Counted from the whole stretch's first letter, positions 9,976-20,468 are shown. The stretch is DNA of 59,652 nucleotides, filler included, from 4 parts of 4 records of this genome joined end to end with filler, not necessarily neighbours in it; one strand, 5' to 3'. Made by a program: numbers and translations. The notes: generated from the sequence alone by a model not told the origin.

Positions 9976-10704
9976 CTATTTAAACGCTTTAATTGAAACA
10001 CGATGATCAATCATGATATCATTTCTTGAAAATGAATGATCTTTTTCTACGCTAAGTTTTAAATGAAAATCTGTATTTAGTTTTTTCACAATATCATATA
10101 ATGACATATGCCTATTACTATTTACCAAATACAAATCTGGCTTTTGATGTGTCAAAATATCAACAATGGCTTTTGCCGTATCTGGTAAAAATGATACTGA
10201 TGGAAAAAATTGATCACTTACTTTAATTACACCTTCAGATGCATGGTCTTTAATAAATTGAAACATATTATTAGAACTTGAATCGCCGCGTTCTGAAATC
10301 TGCCATCCGATTCTTACTATATACGCATCTTGTTTTATTTTTCTAACAAGTAACTCATTCTCGTATTTATATTTTCCATAATCATTTTTTACATGAATAT
10401 GTGAATCTTTTGTATACGGTCCACCATGATTATCTTCAAATACAGAGACCGTTGATACATATAGCAATGAGATATTATTGTCTTTTGCATATGTCGCTAA
10501 CATTTTTGAATATTCTGACGGTCCTAATGCTAAATGTAGAATGACTGTAGGTTTAATTTCATTTAAGTAATCAGATACAGCATAAAAATCATTTCCCCTA
10601 ATATGGAAATGTTTATCATAAACGCTATAACCATTAATTTCTAATGCATGTTTAACATACGGTGCTACCGTCCCAGTGATGCCAGTTATAAATGCTTTTT
10701 TCAT
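9976..10704 (-). CDS. Extended SDR / RmlD-like sugar-nucleotide-binding protein
   Basis: FITGITGTV Rossmann, YVSTVSVF, YGKYK. Confidence 0.8.
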   Translation of the reverse strand: MKKAFITGITGTVAPYVKHALEINGYSVYDKHFHIRGNDFYAVSDYLNEIKPTVILHLALGPSEYSKMLATYAKDNNISLLYVSTVSVFEDNHGGPYTKDSHIHVKNDYGKYKYENELLVRKIKQDAYIVRIGWQISERGDSSSNNMFQFIKDHASEGVIKVSDQFFPSVSFLPDTAKAIVDILTHQKPDLYLVNSNRHMSLYDIVKKLNTDFHLKLSVEKDHSFSRNDIMIDHRVSIKAFK

Positions 10705-10825
10705 ATATATCACCCAAATTGATTATATCATAATCATATGGATAATATGATTTTAGGTTTATCATATAAAACTAAAAAAGCGCTCTATTGAGCACTTTAA
10801 TATATTTTTATGAAGTATGTAAATA

Positions 10826-12700
10826 TTATTTTGCTGATTCAATCATTAATGTCACTAAGTTCTTATTAAACTCAGTCGGATCTTCAATAGGAAGGCCTTC
10901 AATCAATAATGCTTGGTGATATAACAATGAAGCATAATCATCAATTTTCTTCTCATCTTTTTCATAAACACGTTCAACGGCTTTAAATAATGGGTGATCA
11001 GGGTTGATTTCCAATATTTTTTCAGCTTTCATTTGATCGTTTGCATTTGGCATTTGTTTAAGTATTTTTTCCATTTCCATAGATAGTCCCTCTCCAGATA
11101 CTAAACATACCGGTGAGTCTTTAAGTCTTGCACTTAATTTCACTTCTTTAACTTTATCTTTTAAAGCTTTAGATAATGCCTTTAGGACTTTTTTGCTTTC
11201 TTTTTCTTTTGCTTTTAAGTCTTCTTTCTTATCATCATCTACAAAATCAGCTTCACCTTGTTGAATGGATTTAAATGGAACGTCTTGATAACTATTTAAG
11301 ACTTGTACCATAAATTCATCAATGTCATCTGTAAATAGTAAAACTTCATAACCTTTATCTTTCATCATATCCATTTGTGGAAGATTTAGTATAGATTGTT
11401 TAGATTTACCTGTTGCATAATAAATAGCTTTTTGTGATTCAGGTTTTCTTTCAACATATTCTTTAAATGTCACATAATCATCTGATTGAGATGTTTTAAA
11501 CATGACTAGATCTTGTAATTTATCTTTATTGATACCAAATTGATCATAGATACCAAATTTTAAAGTGTTTTTATATGTTTCATAAAATTCAACATATAAA
11601 GATCGTTCATTTTCTAACATACGTTCTAATTCACTTTTGATTTTCTTTTCAACATGACTTGCTATTTTTTTAAGCTGACGATCGTGTTGTAACATTTCAC
11701 GAGATATATTTAAACTTAAATCTGATGAATCAACAAGACCTTTAACAAATTTAAAATAATCCGGAATTAATGCTTTATTCTTATCTTCAATAAACACACC
11801 TTTAGAATAAAGTTGTAAACCTTTTTCATATTTTTCACTATAAAAATCAAATGGTGCACGTTTAGGAATAAATAAAAGTGCAGTATACATGAGCATACCT
11901 TCAACTTTGGTATGAATGACTTTTAAAGGATCTTCATAATCATTATATTGTTGTTTATAAAAATCATTTAATACTTCATCCGTTAAGTCAGCTTTTGAGC
12001 GTTTCCAAATCGGTGTCATTTGATTTAGCGTTTCTTCTTCTAAGATGTCTTTATCATCTTCTTTTTTTGAAACCATCATTTTAATTGGATATCGCACATA
12101 ATCACTATATTTTTTTACAAGTTGTTTAATTTCAAATGTGTCTAAGAATTTAGAGAAATCTAATTCATTTTCTGTATCATCTTCATTTAAATACAGTTTT
12201 ATTTCTGTCCCAATCGTATCCACATCAACTTCATCAATCTTATATGATGATATACCATCAGATGACCACATATATCCAGTATCTGCAAATGGAGATTTTG
12301 TTGTTACTTCTACTTTATGTGCAACCATAAATGCTGAGTAAAATCCTACCCCAAACTGACCGATAATATCAACATCATTTTGTTCTAATTTTTCTTTAAA
12401 TGCTTTAGACCCACTATTCGCGATAGTTCCTAGATTATTAACAAGTTCTTCTTCAGTAAACCCAATACCATTATCTTTAATGGTTAATGTACGTTCATCT
12501 TTGTTAAATGCTAACCAAATTTCATAGTCAGTGTTTGGTATTTCACTATGTGTTAAAGATAAGAAATGTCTTTTATCAATGGCATCACTCGCATTTGAGA
12601 TAAGTTCTCTTAAAAATATTTCCTTTTGTGTATAAATTGAATGTGTCATTAAATGTAATAATTGCTTCGATTCTGTTTTGAATTTTTTAGTTTTTGACAT
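10826..12700 (-). CDS. htpG: Hsp90 chaperone HtpG
   Basis: EIFLRELISNASDA, DNGIG, NLGTIANSG, IGQFGVGFYSAF, LNISREMLQ, LEINPDHP. Confidence 0.98.
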   Translation of the reverse strand: MSKTKKFKTESKQLLHLMTHSIYTQKEIFLRELISNASDAIDKRHFLSLTHSEIPNTDYEIWLAFNKDERTLTIKDNGIGFTEEELVNNLGTIANSGSKAFKEKLEQNDVDIIGQFGVGFYSAFMVAHKVEVTTKSPFADTGYMWSSDGISSYKIDEVDVDTIGTEIKLYLNEDDTENELDFSKFLDTFEIKQLVKKYSDYVRYPIKMMVSKKEDDKDILEEETLNQMTPIWKRSKADLTDEVLNDFYKQQYNDYEDPLKVIHTKVEGMLMYTALLFIPKRAPFDFYSEKYEKGLQLYSKGVFIEDKNKALIPDYFKFVKGLVDSSDLSLNISREMLQHDRQLKKIASHVEKKIKSELERMLENERSLYVEFYETYKNTLKFGIYDQFGINKDKLQDLVMFKTSQSDDYVTFKEYVERKPESQKAIYYATGKSKQSILNLPQMDMMKDKGYEVLLFTDDIDEFMVQVLNSYQDVPFKSIQQGEADFVDDDKKEDLKAKEKESKKVLKALSKALKDKVKEVKLSARLKDSPVCLVSGEGLSMEMEKILKQMPNANDQMKAEKILEINPDHPLFKAVERVYEKDEKKIDDYASLLYHQALLIEGLPIEDPTEFNKNLVTLMIESAK

Positions 12701-12720
12701 AATTATCGCCTCCATTAAGT

Positions 12721-12749
12721 ATTATAAAAAAGTCATTTTTGATTGTCAA
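12721..12749 (-). promoter_or_regulatory. Consensus SigA promoter of htpG
   Basis: Perfect TTGACA-17 bp-TATAAT. Confidence 0.85.
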
Positions 12750-12758
12750 GCCATGAGA

Positions 12759-13181
12759 TTATGATGATGCAGAAATTGCTGTGTTAATTTGATTTTTATA
12801 TACAAAATATTTAGTATACAAAAATTCAGTAACAAAGTTCATCACCATGGTTGTTCCTAAAACAATATAAGCATATACGCCAACATCATCGACTAAGTAG
12901 TCACCAAGGTATGTCGATACAGGTACAAATACAGCATAAAAAATGCCAACCTTCAACATTGCAATTGGAATGTTTGCAGCTGATTTAAACGTAAATTTTC
13001 GATTAAGTGTAAAGTTCCATAAAATCGATAATAATAATCCTATCAAATATGATGGCCAATATATCATTTTTATTACATCATAACATATTGTAAAACTCAA
13101 TAATTGGATTAGTCCTGCAGAAATAGAAAACAAAGTGAACTTAATAAAATGTATCCATGTCTCATTTTTTTCTTGTGTCAT
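12759..13181 (-). CDS. GtrA family membrane protein
   Basis: FIKFTLFS...WNFTLNRKFTFK; four TM segments. Confidence 0.85.
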   Translation of the reverse strand: MTQEKNETWIHFIKFTLFSISAGLIQLLSFTICYDVIKMIYWPSYLIGLLLSILWNFTLNRKFTFKSAANIPIAMLKVGIFYAVFVPVSTYLGDYLVDDVGVYAYIVLGTTMVMNFVTEFLYTKYFVYKNQINTAISASS

Positions 13182-13229
13182 ACGTATACCTCAATCTTTC
13201 ACACACATTATACCATTTATCGTTAATTT

Positions 13230-13246
13230 TTTAAGGGTAATTTAAG
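13230..13246 (+). promoter_or_regulatory. Direct repeat TTTAAG-N5-TTTAAG (CiaR/OmpR-type box) upstream of the HtrA-like protease
   Basis: TTTAAG ggtaa TTTAAG; 10 bp later a possible extended -10 (TGt-GAAACT). Confidence 0.6.
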
Positions 13247-13343
13247 GATATCATGTGAAACTTTGTACAACATAGACAATGACTAGACATATGAAAAAAC
13301 TAGATATATAATCACATTATCAATAACAAATTGAGGTGATTAT

Positions 13344-14267
13344 ATGTTTAAAAAGATTTCAATTTTATGTTTGGCGATTGTAATAAGTTTTACATTGATT
13401 GGTTGTAGTGAGATCCAAGAAACTATAGAAGAAATGACCACAAAGACCATTGATGTAAACTATGCACTAGATAGTGATGCATTCGAAACTTATATATCTG
13501 ATGAAGGTAATTCAGTAATTGTTAATGCAGCAATTGCATTATCAGCAACCGTTGAAGTCACAGTAGATATCTCATATAGTTATACGGAAACACAGTATAC
13601 ACCATTTGGTGGTGGATCAAGTCGGACAGTTACTGGCGACGTGACATCACAAGCAACAGCGTTTTTTATTAATGATGATGGTTATTTGTTAACCAATGCG
13701 CATGTTGTCACACTTGAAGATTATGAATCACTTTCAGATTTCACTTATGAAGATATCGATATATATTTTAATTACGCTGATTCAACCATATATTTCGATG
13801 CAGAAGTTATTGCCTATGACCAAACACTAGATCTTGCAGTTTTAAAAACAGATGCTACACAAATAGATAATCTTGCCTATTTAAGTTTATATGACTTAAC
13901 TGACCCATCTGATGAATCATATGGCACAAATGAAAGCATTGAACTCTATTACGGTGAAACAGTCATAGCTGTTGGTAATGCTAATGGATATGGATTATCC
14001 GTTACTGAAGGTGTTATCTCAGCACCTGTTAGATATTTTAGTGATGAAGATCTTACAATACCAGCAATCCAAACAGATACTGCAGTAAATAGTGGAAACT
14101 CTGGTGGACCGTTACTTAATAAATATGGTTATGTCATTGGTATTGTAACATTTAAAATAGTTGCAGATGATACAGAAGGACTTGGTTATGCACTACCAAC
14201 TTATTTAATTACAAGTTATATTGACTCACTAGATTTAGATATTGTCTACACAACAGTATCTTCATGA
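13344..14267 (+). CDS. S1C trypsin-like (HtrA-like) serine protease lipoprotein without a PDZ domain
   Basis: Lipobox LIGC; triad motifs TNAHV, DLAVLK, GNSGGP; ends right after the protease domain. Confidence 0.9.
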   Translation: MFKKISILCLAIVISFTLIGCSEIQETIEEMTTKTIDVNYALDSDAFETYISDEGNSVIVNAAIALSATVEVTVDISYSYTETQYTPFGGGSSRTVTGDVTSQATAFFINDDGYLLTNAHVVTLEDYESLSDFTYEDIDIYFNYADSTIYFDAEVIAYDQTLDLAVLKTDATQIDNLAYLSLYDLTDPSDESYGTNESIELYYGETVIAVGNANGYGLSVTEGVISAPVRYFSDEDLTIPAIQTDTAVNSGNSGGPLLNKYGYVIGIVTFKIVADDTEGLGYALPTYLITSYIDSLDLDIVYTTVSS

Positions 14268-14307
14268 TAAATAATTTTCTTATCTCTCCCTTTAGAAAAT
14301 AAAAAGA

Positions 14308-14344
14308 AAATCCATATCCCTAGCATAAGGATATGGATTTTTTT
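14308..14344. terminator. Bidirectional terminator between the protease and secB
   Basis: AAATCCATATCC...GGATATGGATTT inverted repeat with T-tract. Confidence 0.85.
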
Positions 14345-14347
14345 GTA

Positions 14348-14746
14348 TTAATGAAAAATTGCTTCTACATTTGCCATCGGTAATATATAAGGTGGTACAT
14401 GTGCTTGTGCTGTGAGTGTTGTCACAATCGATCTTAAGTAAGGATAGATGACATCAGTTGCACTCTTAATCACAAACTTATTTGAATCAGTTGCTTGCCA
14501 ATCTTTTGCATCAAATACACCTGATACTTGAACATCCAAATAAAATGGTATCTCTTGTTCTAAATTGGATAATGAGAGACTTAATGTCACAACAAATCTT
14601 TCTTCATTGATTTTTGTGATTTCACGATTAAAAATCGGTTTAATTTGAATCTTTTGTCCTTTTTCTGGACGAAATGATTTGTTTAACATAAATGACATTT
14701 TATCAACTGTATAACGCATCAGTTTCATTTTAATTTGTTTTTCCAT
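14348..14746 (-). CDS. secB: SecB-like protein-export chaperone
   Basis: 132 aa; FYLDVQVSGVF and IYPYLRSIVTTLTAQAHVPPYILPMAN match the SecB C-terminal signature (lfPy.R..i...t...g.pp..LP..n). Confidence 0.8.
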   Translation of the reverse strand: MEKQIKMKLMRYTVDKMSFMLNKSFRPEKGQKIQIKPIFNREITKINEERFVVTLSLSLSNLEQEIPFYLDVQVSGVFDAKDWQATDSNKFVIKSATDVIYPYLRSIVTTLTAQAHVPPYILPMANVEAIFH

Positions 14747-16391
14747 GATTTACCTTCTTACTATTTTTATTAACATACATTTTTTGATCAGCTAATCTTA
14801 ACATATCACTCGGTTTATCAAATGTTGGTATATAGGCTTGTGATCCAATAGAAATATTGAGATCAAACGGATAATCTTTGGAAATGTTTTTAAGCGTTAG
14901 TGCTAAATCTTCAGCACATTGTTCATAAATTTCACTATCAGATACATGCATTACACAAGCGAATTCATCGCCACCTATACGATAGCATCCTCCGTATTCG
15001 CCAAATATATTTTCAATCACTTGAAGCGCGAGTTTCAATGCTTCATCACCTTGGAAATGACCTTCATGATCATTAATTTCTTTTAAGTCATCTAAATCAA
15101 ACATCACAATTCTAAGTTCTTCTCGTCTTGATAAATCACTAAATATATGTTCAACGTCACGTTCAAAAGCGTGTCTGTTTTTACCACCTGTTAATGCATC
15201 AACATAGACAAGTTCACTTAAGACTTCTAATTGATAGCTCAGTTTAAATCTTCTTCTAATTTGAACAATATAATAAAATAACATATAAACTAAATAAATC
15301 GTAATAATGATTAATCCATAAACTGAAGTATTTGAAAACTCAAGCATAATGAAATTGCTTATTTCTGTAACTGCAAACAGTACAATAACTAAGAAATGAT
15401 TTAAGAATACTCTTGCTTCTTGGCTATGGTATTTATAATACTCAATAAACATGAGTACAACAGTTGTCATTGCTATTGATAGCAAGAATAGTTGGACAAA
15501 TAATGCAGATTCAAAATAATCATAAAAACTAAAATATTGTCCGATGATAACACCTATAAATATAGCGATAAACGCATATAAAGCGATTTGATAAAAAAAT
15601 AAAAATCTTTTTGCGACATAACTTTTTACATATAATACAATTGGTATTGGCATTAATGCAACCATGAGATAGGATATGGAACCAATAAGCCCTTGATTAG
15701 GTATAACAAGTTGTAAAACTCTCGATTCACCAATAATCCATAGTGAAAACATAACCACAAAACTTGCTAGATAGATGCGCCCCTTTGAAAACTCACGATC
15801 AACAAATTGATTTGCAAATAAAATCACAAGTCCCGCTAACAGTATAATCACACCTATAATAAACCTATAGCTATATTGATCCAATATAGATACAATAACT
15901 GTTGATTGATTACCAACGACCACATCATTAACAACACCATCAAAACGCTCATATGGGGTATACAAGGTTACAGATAATGTTTTACCATCAACGTCTTCTC
16001 CTAAACTTACAATATGCCATAAACTTGCATAAGGTGTATGCTCGCTATAACTAGATTTTAAATGTTCGTAGATAACATCTCCATCAAGTCTAACCGTAAT
16101 ATCTTGAAGTGATGCTCTAAATAATAATGTCTGTTCATTCTCAAATCGTTCGTCTAACTCTATGTATATAGTGACTTCACCTTGATTTGTATTAACTCTA
16201 GTTGGTAATTGATCAATATCAACTTCACGACTATCTTCAATCACATACCAACCTTCATCTAAAGATTCATAATCTGAGTTAAACAATAAGATTGATTCAT
16301 CTTTTTCCGCAACAAAAAATCCAATTACTAACGCTGCAATTAAAGTCATCATCACGATTGAAATATAAGATCTTATTAATTTTTTATTCAT
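14730..16391 (-). CDS. Membrane-bound diguanylate cyclase (extracellular domain + ~7 TM + GGDEF)
   Basis: DALTGGKNRHAF, FDLDDLKEINDHEGHFQGD, YRIGGDEF, ADQKMYVNK; no RxxD I-site. Confidence 0.92.
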   Translation of the reverse strand: MNKKLIRSYISIVMMTLIAALVIGFFVAEKDESILLFNSDYESLDEGWYVIEDSREVDIDQLPTRVNTNQGEVTIYIELDERFENEQTLLFRASLQDITVRLDGDVIYEHLKSSYSEHTPYASLWHIVSLGEDVDGKTLSVTLYTPYERFDGVVNDVVVGNQSTVIVSILDQYSYRFIIGVIILLAGLVILFANQFVDREFSKGRIYLASFVVMFSLWIIGESRVLQLVIPNQGLIGSISYLMVALMPIPIVLYVKSYVAKRFLFFYQIALYAFIAIFIGVIIGQYFSFYDYFESALFVQLFLLSIAMTTVVLMFIEYYKYHSQEARVFLNHFLVIVLFAVTEISNFIMLEFSNTSVYGLIIITIYLVYMLFYYIVQIRRRFKLSYQLEVLSELVYVDALTGGKNRHAFERDVEHIFSDLSRREELRIVMFDLDDLKEINDHEGHFQGDEALKLALQVIENIFGEYGGCYRIGGDEFACVMHVSDSEIYEQCAEDLALTLKNISKDYPFDLNISIGSQAYIPTFDKPSDMLRLADQKMYVNKNSKKVNHGKTN

Positions 16392-16459
16392 TATTTATCC
16401 TCTAATATATTAACTTTACCTTCATTATAATATAATTGATGAATAATATGCAATAAATC

Positions 16460-17299
16460 TTATTTATTCAATAAGTTCTTCTTCTCCAAAAGATAGGATT
16501 TTATCGATATCTTGATCATCGATAAGTTTAATATCACCATCAATAACAAATTCATTAATTTGTATGTTAAATTTTTTATCTTTCGTTGTGTCATAATCAG
16601 TGAAAATAGTCCAATCACTGCGACTGCAAAAACAAGTGCAGTTTGTACTGTTGAAAGAATTTGTGAAAACATAAATTCAATCGGTAAATCAGAAAAATCT
16701 ATATCCATATCAGGTCTACCACCAGGCATAGGACCCATCATTTCATTAAATGCTTCGCTGTCAGGAATAAATCCTTCTGGAGGTGTTGGTTGAGTTCCAA
16801 AACCAAATCCTTTTTGACCACCTATTAAAGCTCTTTTCCCAGTTAATAATGAACCAAAATTTCTAAGACTTGAGGTAAATTTCATCCAAAGTGTATTTGA
16901 GAATCTTCCTACTCTTCCACCTGAAACACCAAAGATCGATCCTAACAATGCAATAACAACAACGAGTAAAGCAATCGCACTATCATATTTTGGAATTTTA
17001 ATATGGTTGCTTTTAATGACACTTTTATTCATATGTCTCTCAGTAGCCATTGCTAGATAGAATAATCCTATGTAGGAAATCATTACCACAACGAGTAATG
17101 GTGAGTATATAAAATATAATACAGGAATTAAACCAATCAAAATGGATTTTACGATCATAAAACGTTTGGGTGTATAAGTGAATTTCCATTTTTTACGTTG
17201 AATACCTTGATCATCTAGCCTTTCTAGTTTCTTGATATGTCTTTCTTTTTTCTGCTGTTTCTTTCTTGCTTTTTGTTTTTTCGTAAGTTTTTTGCTCAT
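16460..17299 (-). CDS. Membrane protein of unknown function co-transcribed with the ABC transporter; C-terminus probably frameshifted
   Basis: Lys-rich N-terminus, ~4 TM segments, Gly/Pro-rich loop; starts 8 bp after the ABC gene. Confidence 0.7.
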   Translation of the reverse strand: MSKKLTKKQKARKKQQKKERHIKKLERLDDQGIQRKKWKFTYTPKRFMIVKSILIGLIPVLYFIYSPLLVVVMISYIGLFYLAMATERHMNKSVIKSNHIKIPKYDSAIALLVVVIALLGSIFGVSGGRVGRFSNTLWMKFTSSLRNFGSLLTGKRALIGGQKGFGFGTQPTPPEGFIPDSEAFNEMMGPMPGGRPDMDIDFSDLPIEFMFSQILSTVQTALVFAVAVIGLFSLIMTQRKIKNLTYKLMNLLLMVILNLSMIKISIKSYLLEKKNLLNK

Positions 17300-17307
17300 A
17301 TCATCAC

Positions 17308-19182
17308 CTATTCGTATCTTAATGCTTCAACTGGATCAAGATCAGCTGCTTTAATTGAAGGCGCAATACCTGCTAATACACTCACAAAAACACTAAGTAG
17401 GATACCAAGTAAATAATAAAAGATATTATAACTAATTAAATGTGTTTCTAATGTCATGCTTGTTAATGTATTGGTTGCTACTGTGACAATCACTGCAAAC
17501 ATAATACCAAATAAACCACCTGCGATACCAAGCATACCTGCTTCGAATATAAAGATTTTACGAATATCTTTTTTCTGTGCACCAATGGCTCTCAATATAC
17601 CAATTTCTTTTGTTCTCTCTACGATGCTGATATAGAGCACAATAAAAATCATGATAGCTGCGACAACCATTGAAATTGCACTAACCCCTGTTAAGACTTT
17701 AGTGCCTAGTTCAATATAATTAATTACTGTTTGTGCACTACTATCTTCTTGAAATGTTTCATAGCCTAATGCCTCAAGATCATCAAGAACTATATTAATG
17801 TAGGAAACATCACTTAATTGGATATATAATACATTCACATCAACATCATAATAAGTCGCATAAATATCTAAATCTTCACTTTGAATAAGTGCATTGGATT
17901 TTGATGATGCATCGCTTTGGTCTTCATAAATACCAGTAATGGTGAATGTATATGTTTGCGTACCATATGTAAAATCAATATCAGTCCCAATGACTGCTAT
18001 CATTGATTCTAACCCTAGCTCTGTTGCAAACGTCTCATTGATAACGACTGTCCCACTATCGCCTAGCACACCATATAAAAGCGTTGGATAATAGTCATCG
18101 TCATAACTTGAAAGTTTAGAAACATCTTCTTCATTTTCATTGTATGTGTATGTTGCAGATGTTAATACATAAGTTTCTTCGATGTCAATAACACCTTCAA
18201 GATCATCAATTGTTTCTATTTGAGTTTCAGAAAAATCATCATTGTCATCTTTTGTTACAGTTATTTGTGTAGATTGTAAATTACTCGCATAGACATCATT
18301 GACATAATCTTTTAAACCTTGTCCTAGTGCCAAAATAATCATCACTGCAGCAATACCGATAGACATACCTAAAGATACCAAAAGTGTTCGACTCTTTGTC
18401 TGAATTAAATTTCGCAGTGAAAGTCTTGATATATCTTTTGTCTTAATCGGTCTTGGCATAATGACTTTCTCATATTGACTCTTATTTTTTACTTTATAAA
18501 ATGTTTCGTCAGACACAATAACACCATCATCAATTTTCACAATGCGACTACAATGTTTTGCGACAAGTTCTGAATGTGTAACAATCATGACAAGTTTTCC
18601 TGATTCAACAATTTTTTTTAAGATTTTCAGGATAACTTCCGCTGATTCTTTATCTAATGCACCTGTCGGTTCATCTGCTAAAATAATCGATGGATTATTG
18701 ACTAATGCGCGTGCAATCGCAACTCTTTGTTTTTGTCCACCTGAGAGTTGTGTTGGATATTTTTTTGCATGATCTTCTAAACCCACAAGATTTAATAAAG
18801 ACATCGCACGTTCTTTACGTGTTTTTTCTTCAATGTCACTCATTTGCATGGATATTTCTACATTTTCTAAAATCGTCATATGATTTATTAAATGATAGTT
18901 TTGGAAGATTAACCCTACACGTTTTTTACGATAATCATCCATTTGTTTTTGATTGTAATCTCTTAAGAATTGTCCTTTTACAACAACACTACCTGTATAT
19001 TCACTATCTAGTCCACCTAAAATATTTAGTAAGGTGGATTTACCAGATCCTGATTCACCAAGTAGCGCAACCAGTTCTCCACGATCAAAGTTTGCGTCAA
19101 CACCTTTTAGTACATCTTGTTTTTGTGTTTTAGTGATATAATAACTTTTTTTTATATTTGCTAATCTCATTAATGAAGCCAT
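17308..19182 (-). CDS. MacB/FtsX-type ABC transporter, fused ATP-binding and permease domains
   Basis: GESGSGKS, LSGGQKQRVAIARAL, ADEPTGALD, ERTKEIGILRAIGA, LDPVEALRYE. Confidence 0.95.
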   Translation of the reverse strand: MASLMRLANIKKSYYITKTQKQDVLKGVDANFDRGELVALLGESGSGKSTLLNILGGLDSEYTGSVVVKGQFLRDYNQKQMDDYRKKRVGLIFQNYHLINHMTILENVEISMQMSDIEEKTRKERAMSLLNLVGLEDHAKKYPTQLSGGQKQRVAIARALVNNPSIILADEPTGALDKESAEVILKILKKIVESGKLVMIVTHSELVAKHCSRIVKIDDGVIVSDETFYKVKNKSQYEKVIMPRPIKTKDISRLSLRNLIQTKSRTLLVSLGMSIGIAAVMIILALGQGLKDYVNDVYASNLQSTQITVTKDDNDDFSETQIETIDDLEGVIDIEETYVLTSATYTYNENEEDVSKLSSYDDDYYPTLLYGVLGDSGTVVINETFATELGLESMIAVIGTDIDFTYGTQTYTFTITGIYEDQSDASSKSNALIQSEDLDIYATYYDVDVNVLYIQLSDVSYINIVLDDLEALGYETFQEDSSAQTVINYIELGTKVLTGVSAISMVVAAIMIFIVLYISIVERTKEIGILRAIGAQKKDIRKIFIFEAGMLGIAGGLFGIMFAVIVTVATNTLTSMTLETHLISYNIFYYLLGILLSVFVSVLAGIAPSIKAADLDPVEALRYE

Positions 19183-19214
19183 ATGTATTTCTCCTTATTG
19201 TATGTGTTATAAGC

Positions 19215-19247
19215 ATTTTACATATGTATACTTAAATGAACCTTAAA
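19215..19247 (-). promoter_or_regulatory. TTTAAG-N5-TTTAAG box plus -10 element of the ABC operon promoter
   Basis: Minus strand: TTTAAG gttca TTTAAG (19247-19231), exactly 10 bp, then TAAAAT (19220-19215). Confidence 0.7.
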
Positions 19248-19283
19248 AAAAATAAAAATGCCACAAAATATGTGACATTTCAT

Positions 19284-20468
19284 TTATATGATAATTTCAA
19301 TGGTGACATATCGATCATTTGATGCATAAGCCTTAATGTCTCCATGGTGCATCTCAACAATTGATTTTGCTATTGATAAACCTAATCCAAAGCTACCATT
19401 ACTTAGTCTTGCTTCATCAGCGCGATAAAATCGATCAAATATTTTCGATGTATCAAGATTTGCAATATCATTATATTGATTAATGATATATATATGTGTT
19501 TTTTTATGTTTTTCAATTTTTATATTTATATCACCATACTCATCACAATATTTTACAGCATTATCAATAAGTATACGTATTAATTCTTTAATGCTATCTT
19601 GATGACCATTAAAGATATATGATTGATCCATCGATTGATTAATTTCAATATTTTTTTGCTGTACTAGTACCAAAAAGTCTTTGAGTACATCGTCAATCAT
19701 CGCCGATAAATCAAATGATTGCATGACAACTTGAAGATCTGATTCATCAAGTTTTGACATTTTAATAATTTGTTGAATTAAATTTGTAAGTATCTTCGTT
19801 TGTTTTGTAATACCTTCTAGCCATTCATTATCTGGATCATTTAATTTCGCGATTTCTGCATTTGCATGAATAACCGTTAGTGGTGTTTTAAGTTCATGTG
19901 ATGCATCAGTCATAAATTGTTTTTGACGATCTTGTGATGCTTCAATGGGTTCAATTGCTTTTTTAGATGCAAAATATACAAATATCGAAACAAATACAGC
20001 TGTGACACCTAATGCTATAAGTGAAATATTGCGAAACGATGTTATAGCATATGAAAAGAAATCACCATCAATAAATATAACAATATCTACATCATCAACT
20101 GTTTCAATTAAGTATCGATAATTATCTTTCCAACCTCTTTGATCACCTTGAGCAAGCGCATCAATGGCATATGTATTCGCTTGTTCTTCAGTGACCAAAT
20201 CCATAAACGCAATCTCTGTTTCAATAATACCCTCTTCATCGCTATATTTGACAATAAAAACGCGTTCATTAAAACCTCTAAAAATATCTCCATCAGGCGG
20301 ATCTATACCATCTGTTTCCATGCGCATGATTCGATCGAGGTTCATATCAATGACACTATTAAATCTAATGGTTACAAAGCCATTTAAAATGATAACTAAT
20401 GCAAACAATGCAACAATAAATGCAATCATTGCATTAATGAAAAATTTGTGTCGCAATCTTTTAATCAT
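19284..20468 (-). CDS. Sensor histidine kinase (2 TM, HisKA, HATPase)
   Basis: FMTDASHELKTPL, ILIDNAVKY, IFDRFYR, GSFGLGLSIA; start overlaps the regulator stop. Confidence 0.95.
   Translation of the reverse strand: MIKRLRHKFFINAMIAFIVALFALVIILNGFVTIRFNSVIDMNLDRIMRMETDGIDPPDGDIFRGFNERVFIVKYSDEEGIIETEIAFMDLVTEEQANTYAIDALAQGDQRGWKDNYRYLIETVDDVDIVIFIDGDFFSYAITSFRNISLIALGVTAVFVSIFVYFASKKAIEPIEASQDRQKQFMTDASHELKTPLTVIHANAEIAKLNDPDNEWLEGITKQTKILTNLIQQIIKMSKLDESDLQVVMQSFDLSAMIDDVLKDFLVLVQQKNIEINQSMDQSYIFNGHQDSIKELIRILIDNAVKYCDEYGDINIKIEKHKKTHIYIINQYNDIANLDTSKIFDRFYRADEARLSNGSFGLGLSIAKSIVEMHHGDIKAYASNDRYVTIEIII

Noticed and set aside
12700..12760. CIRCE or CtsR operator upstream of htpG
   Set aside because: No TTAGCACTC-N9-GAGTGCTAA and no GGTCAAA repeat; only a consensus SigA promoter
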